From NCBI GenBank assembly GCA_965208435.1, contig OZ242337.1, positions 2,572,588-2,636,587 of the forward strand: a stretch of 64,000 bases of DNA, read 5' to 3'. Origin of the DNA: Candidatus Aldehydirespiratoraceae bacterium (GTDB lineage Bacteria > Actinomycetota > Acidimicrobiia > Acidimicrobiales > Aldehydirespiratoraceae). How positions within the stretch are numbered: the first letter of the stretch is position 1; every line of letters starts with the position of its first letter. Shown here piece by piece: positions 62,611-64,000 of this stretch. The translations under genes were made by a program, and so were the position numbers. The notes beneath the pieces were generated by a model. It saw only the letters and a program-made list of their open reading frames with translations. It ran no database searches and was not told where the DNA came from.

Positions 62611-63510
62611 GTGGGCGTGACTTCTTACGATGATTTCGAATGCACACCCGGCGGTGCGGTACTCATGGACGGAAACCGGCTGCGCGATGAGATCGTTGCC
62701 GCCATACGCGCAGAGATCGACTCGCTGGGCAACCCCGAGGTGTGCCTCGCCACCGTGTTGGTCGGCAGCGACAGACCCAGCCAGATCTATGTCCGCAACA
62801 AGCATCGCAAGGCTCAGGAAGCGGGCATGGTGTCGCGTCATGTGGAGCTGAGCGAGGACGCAACGCAGGACGACGTCACCGGGGCGGTCCGCGATCTTGC
62901 CGAAGATGATTCGGTCCACGGCATTCTTGTGCAGCTGCCGGTGCCGGCCGGTATCGATGCGGAGGCGGTGCTCGACCTGATCCCGCCCGAGAAGGACGTC
63001 GATGGATTGACTGAGCGGTCGATGGGTCGACTGATCCGCGGCCGGGTCGGGCACGTTCCGTGCACGCCGCTGGGGGTCATGGAACTGCTTGCGCGTTACG
63101 GAATCGAGACCAGCGGAAAGCGGGCCGTCGTCATCGGGCGCTCCACGCTGGTCGGCCTGCCACAGATACTGTTGCTGGGGCGCAAGGGCTGCGACGCGAC
63201 CGTCACGCTAGCCCACAGCCGCACCGCAGACCTCGCCGGACTGTGCCGCTCCGCCGACATAATCATCGCCGCTGCCGGAATGGCACGGTTGGTGACCGCC
63301 GACTTTGTGAGCCCCGGAGCGACCGTCGTCGACGTGGGCATCTCCCGCACCGAGGACGGCATCGTCGGTGACGTCGACTTCGACAGCGTGCAGGATGTCG
63401 CAGGCGCCATCACGCCGATGCCTGGCGGAACCGGCCCGATGACCATCGGCTGTCTGCTCAAGAACACCCTGGCAGCGGCCCGCATGATGGGCTCGATCGC
63501 TCTCAGATGA
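62611..63510 (+). CDS. folD: bifunctional methylenetetrahydrofolate dehydrogenase/cyclohydrolase
   Basis: It has VGSDRPSQIYVRNKHRKAQEAGM and PGGTGPMTI. The true start may be the internal Met at 62665. Confidence 0.9.
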   Translation: MGVTSYDDFECTPGGAVLMDGNRLRDEIVAAIRAEIDSLGNPEVCLATVLVGSDRPSQIYVRNKHRKAQEAGMVSRHVELSEDATQDDVTGAVRDLAEDDSVHGILVQLPVPAGIDAEAVLDLIPPEKDVDGLTERSMGRLIRGRVGHVPCTPLGVMELLARYGIETSGKRAVVIGRSTLVGLPQILLLGRKGCDATVTLAHSRTADLAGLCRSADIIIAAAGMARLVTADFVSPGATVVDVGISRTEDGIVGDVDFDSVQDVAGAITPMPGGTGPMTIGCLLKNTLAAARMMGSIALR

Positions 63511-63552
63511 TCACTGGCTGGATGATCACCGAAACGTTGACCCGCTGAGTCG

Positions 63553-63948
63553 TCAATCTTCAGTCGGTGGATTGAGGGGGCGCGCAACTCCGATTCCCAT
63601 GTGGCCCTCAATACGGGACAAGCGCTCCCGAACGTGCCCCAGACCTACGTCCAGAGTCCTGATGTCGTCCCGTAGTTCGCCGCCGAGTGTCCTGTGGTCG
63701 GCTCTCAGTTCGTCGCCGAGCTTCTTGTGGTCGGCCCGCAGTTCGTCGCCGAGCTTCTTGTGGTCGGCCCGCAGTTCTTTGTGGTCGGCTCGCAGTTCGT
63801 CGCCGAGGTTCCTCAACTCGAGTCGTGTGCCTTCGTTGAGGTTGATCATGAGTTCGCGAGTCTTCGAGTTCTCGCGGGACTGATGCCAAGAATTGCCGAG
63901 CAATGCCACAAACAGAGTTGAAATCATCGTCAGCAAAGCGGCGTCCAT
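63553..63948 (-). CDS. membrane-anchored coiled-coil protein with 11-residue repeats (DUF1640-like theme, inverted topology)
   Basis: It has an N-terminal TM helix (LLTMISTLFVALLG) followed by LGDELRADHKK hendecad repeats, which are encoded by perfect 33-nt tandem copies. Confidence 0.6.
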   Translation of the reverse strand: MDAALLTMISTLFVALLGNSWHQSRENSKTRELMINLNEGTRLELRNLGDELRADHKELRADHKKLGDELRADHKKLGDELRADHRTLGGELRDDIRTLDVGLGHVRERLSRIEGHMGIGVARPLNPPTED

Positions 63949-64000
63949 GAAGCCACCCTACCACACACACCTGACCGAACCAGCCCAAAAACCATGAAAA

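Overview
High-GC, Actinomycetota-like chromosomal window, annotated by hand from the ORF track and the raw sequence with no database searches. Positions 1-12.7 kb look like an accessory, defence-type mosaic. It holds a HicAB toxin-antitoxin pair, an AAA ATPase with a wHTH domain, a DUF3644-like gene and two Abi_C/TIGR02391-like genes. It also holds an hsdM-hsdS pair with no hsdR, in which hsdS is broken at a C9 homopolymer, plus decayed gene fragments. The remainder is mostly core housekeeping: mutM, parC, parE, ferrochelatase, dxs, tldD/pmbA, uppP, plsY, moeA-moaA-moaC, tRNA-Ala, a Liv-type ABC importer with fused subunits, a ROK kinase, ltaE, valS and folD. This core is punctuated by two different IS1380-family elements, each with inverted repeats and a TTAG target duplication. 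It also contains a visibly AT-richer, tandemly duplicated lipoprotein serine-protease cassette (one copy IS-disrupted), a roughly 100-nt intergenic repeat family and nested tandem repeats. The strongest single observation is an in-frame TGA exactly at the first Cys of the CxxC motif of a TlpA-like thioredoxin-fold lipoprotein, which the ORF track splits into two ORFs. A stable hairpin follows the TGA immediately, so this is a candidate selenocysteine (UxxC) protein. A second theme is four paralogous DUF1640-like membrane-anchored coiled-coil proteins that carry perfect 33/66-nt internal duplications; three of them share an upstream leader motif. All family assignments come from motif recognition by eye and need HMM/BLAST confirmation.
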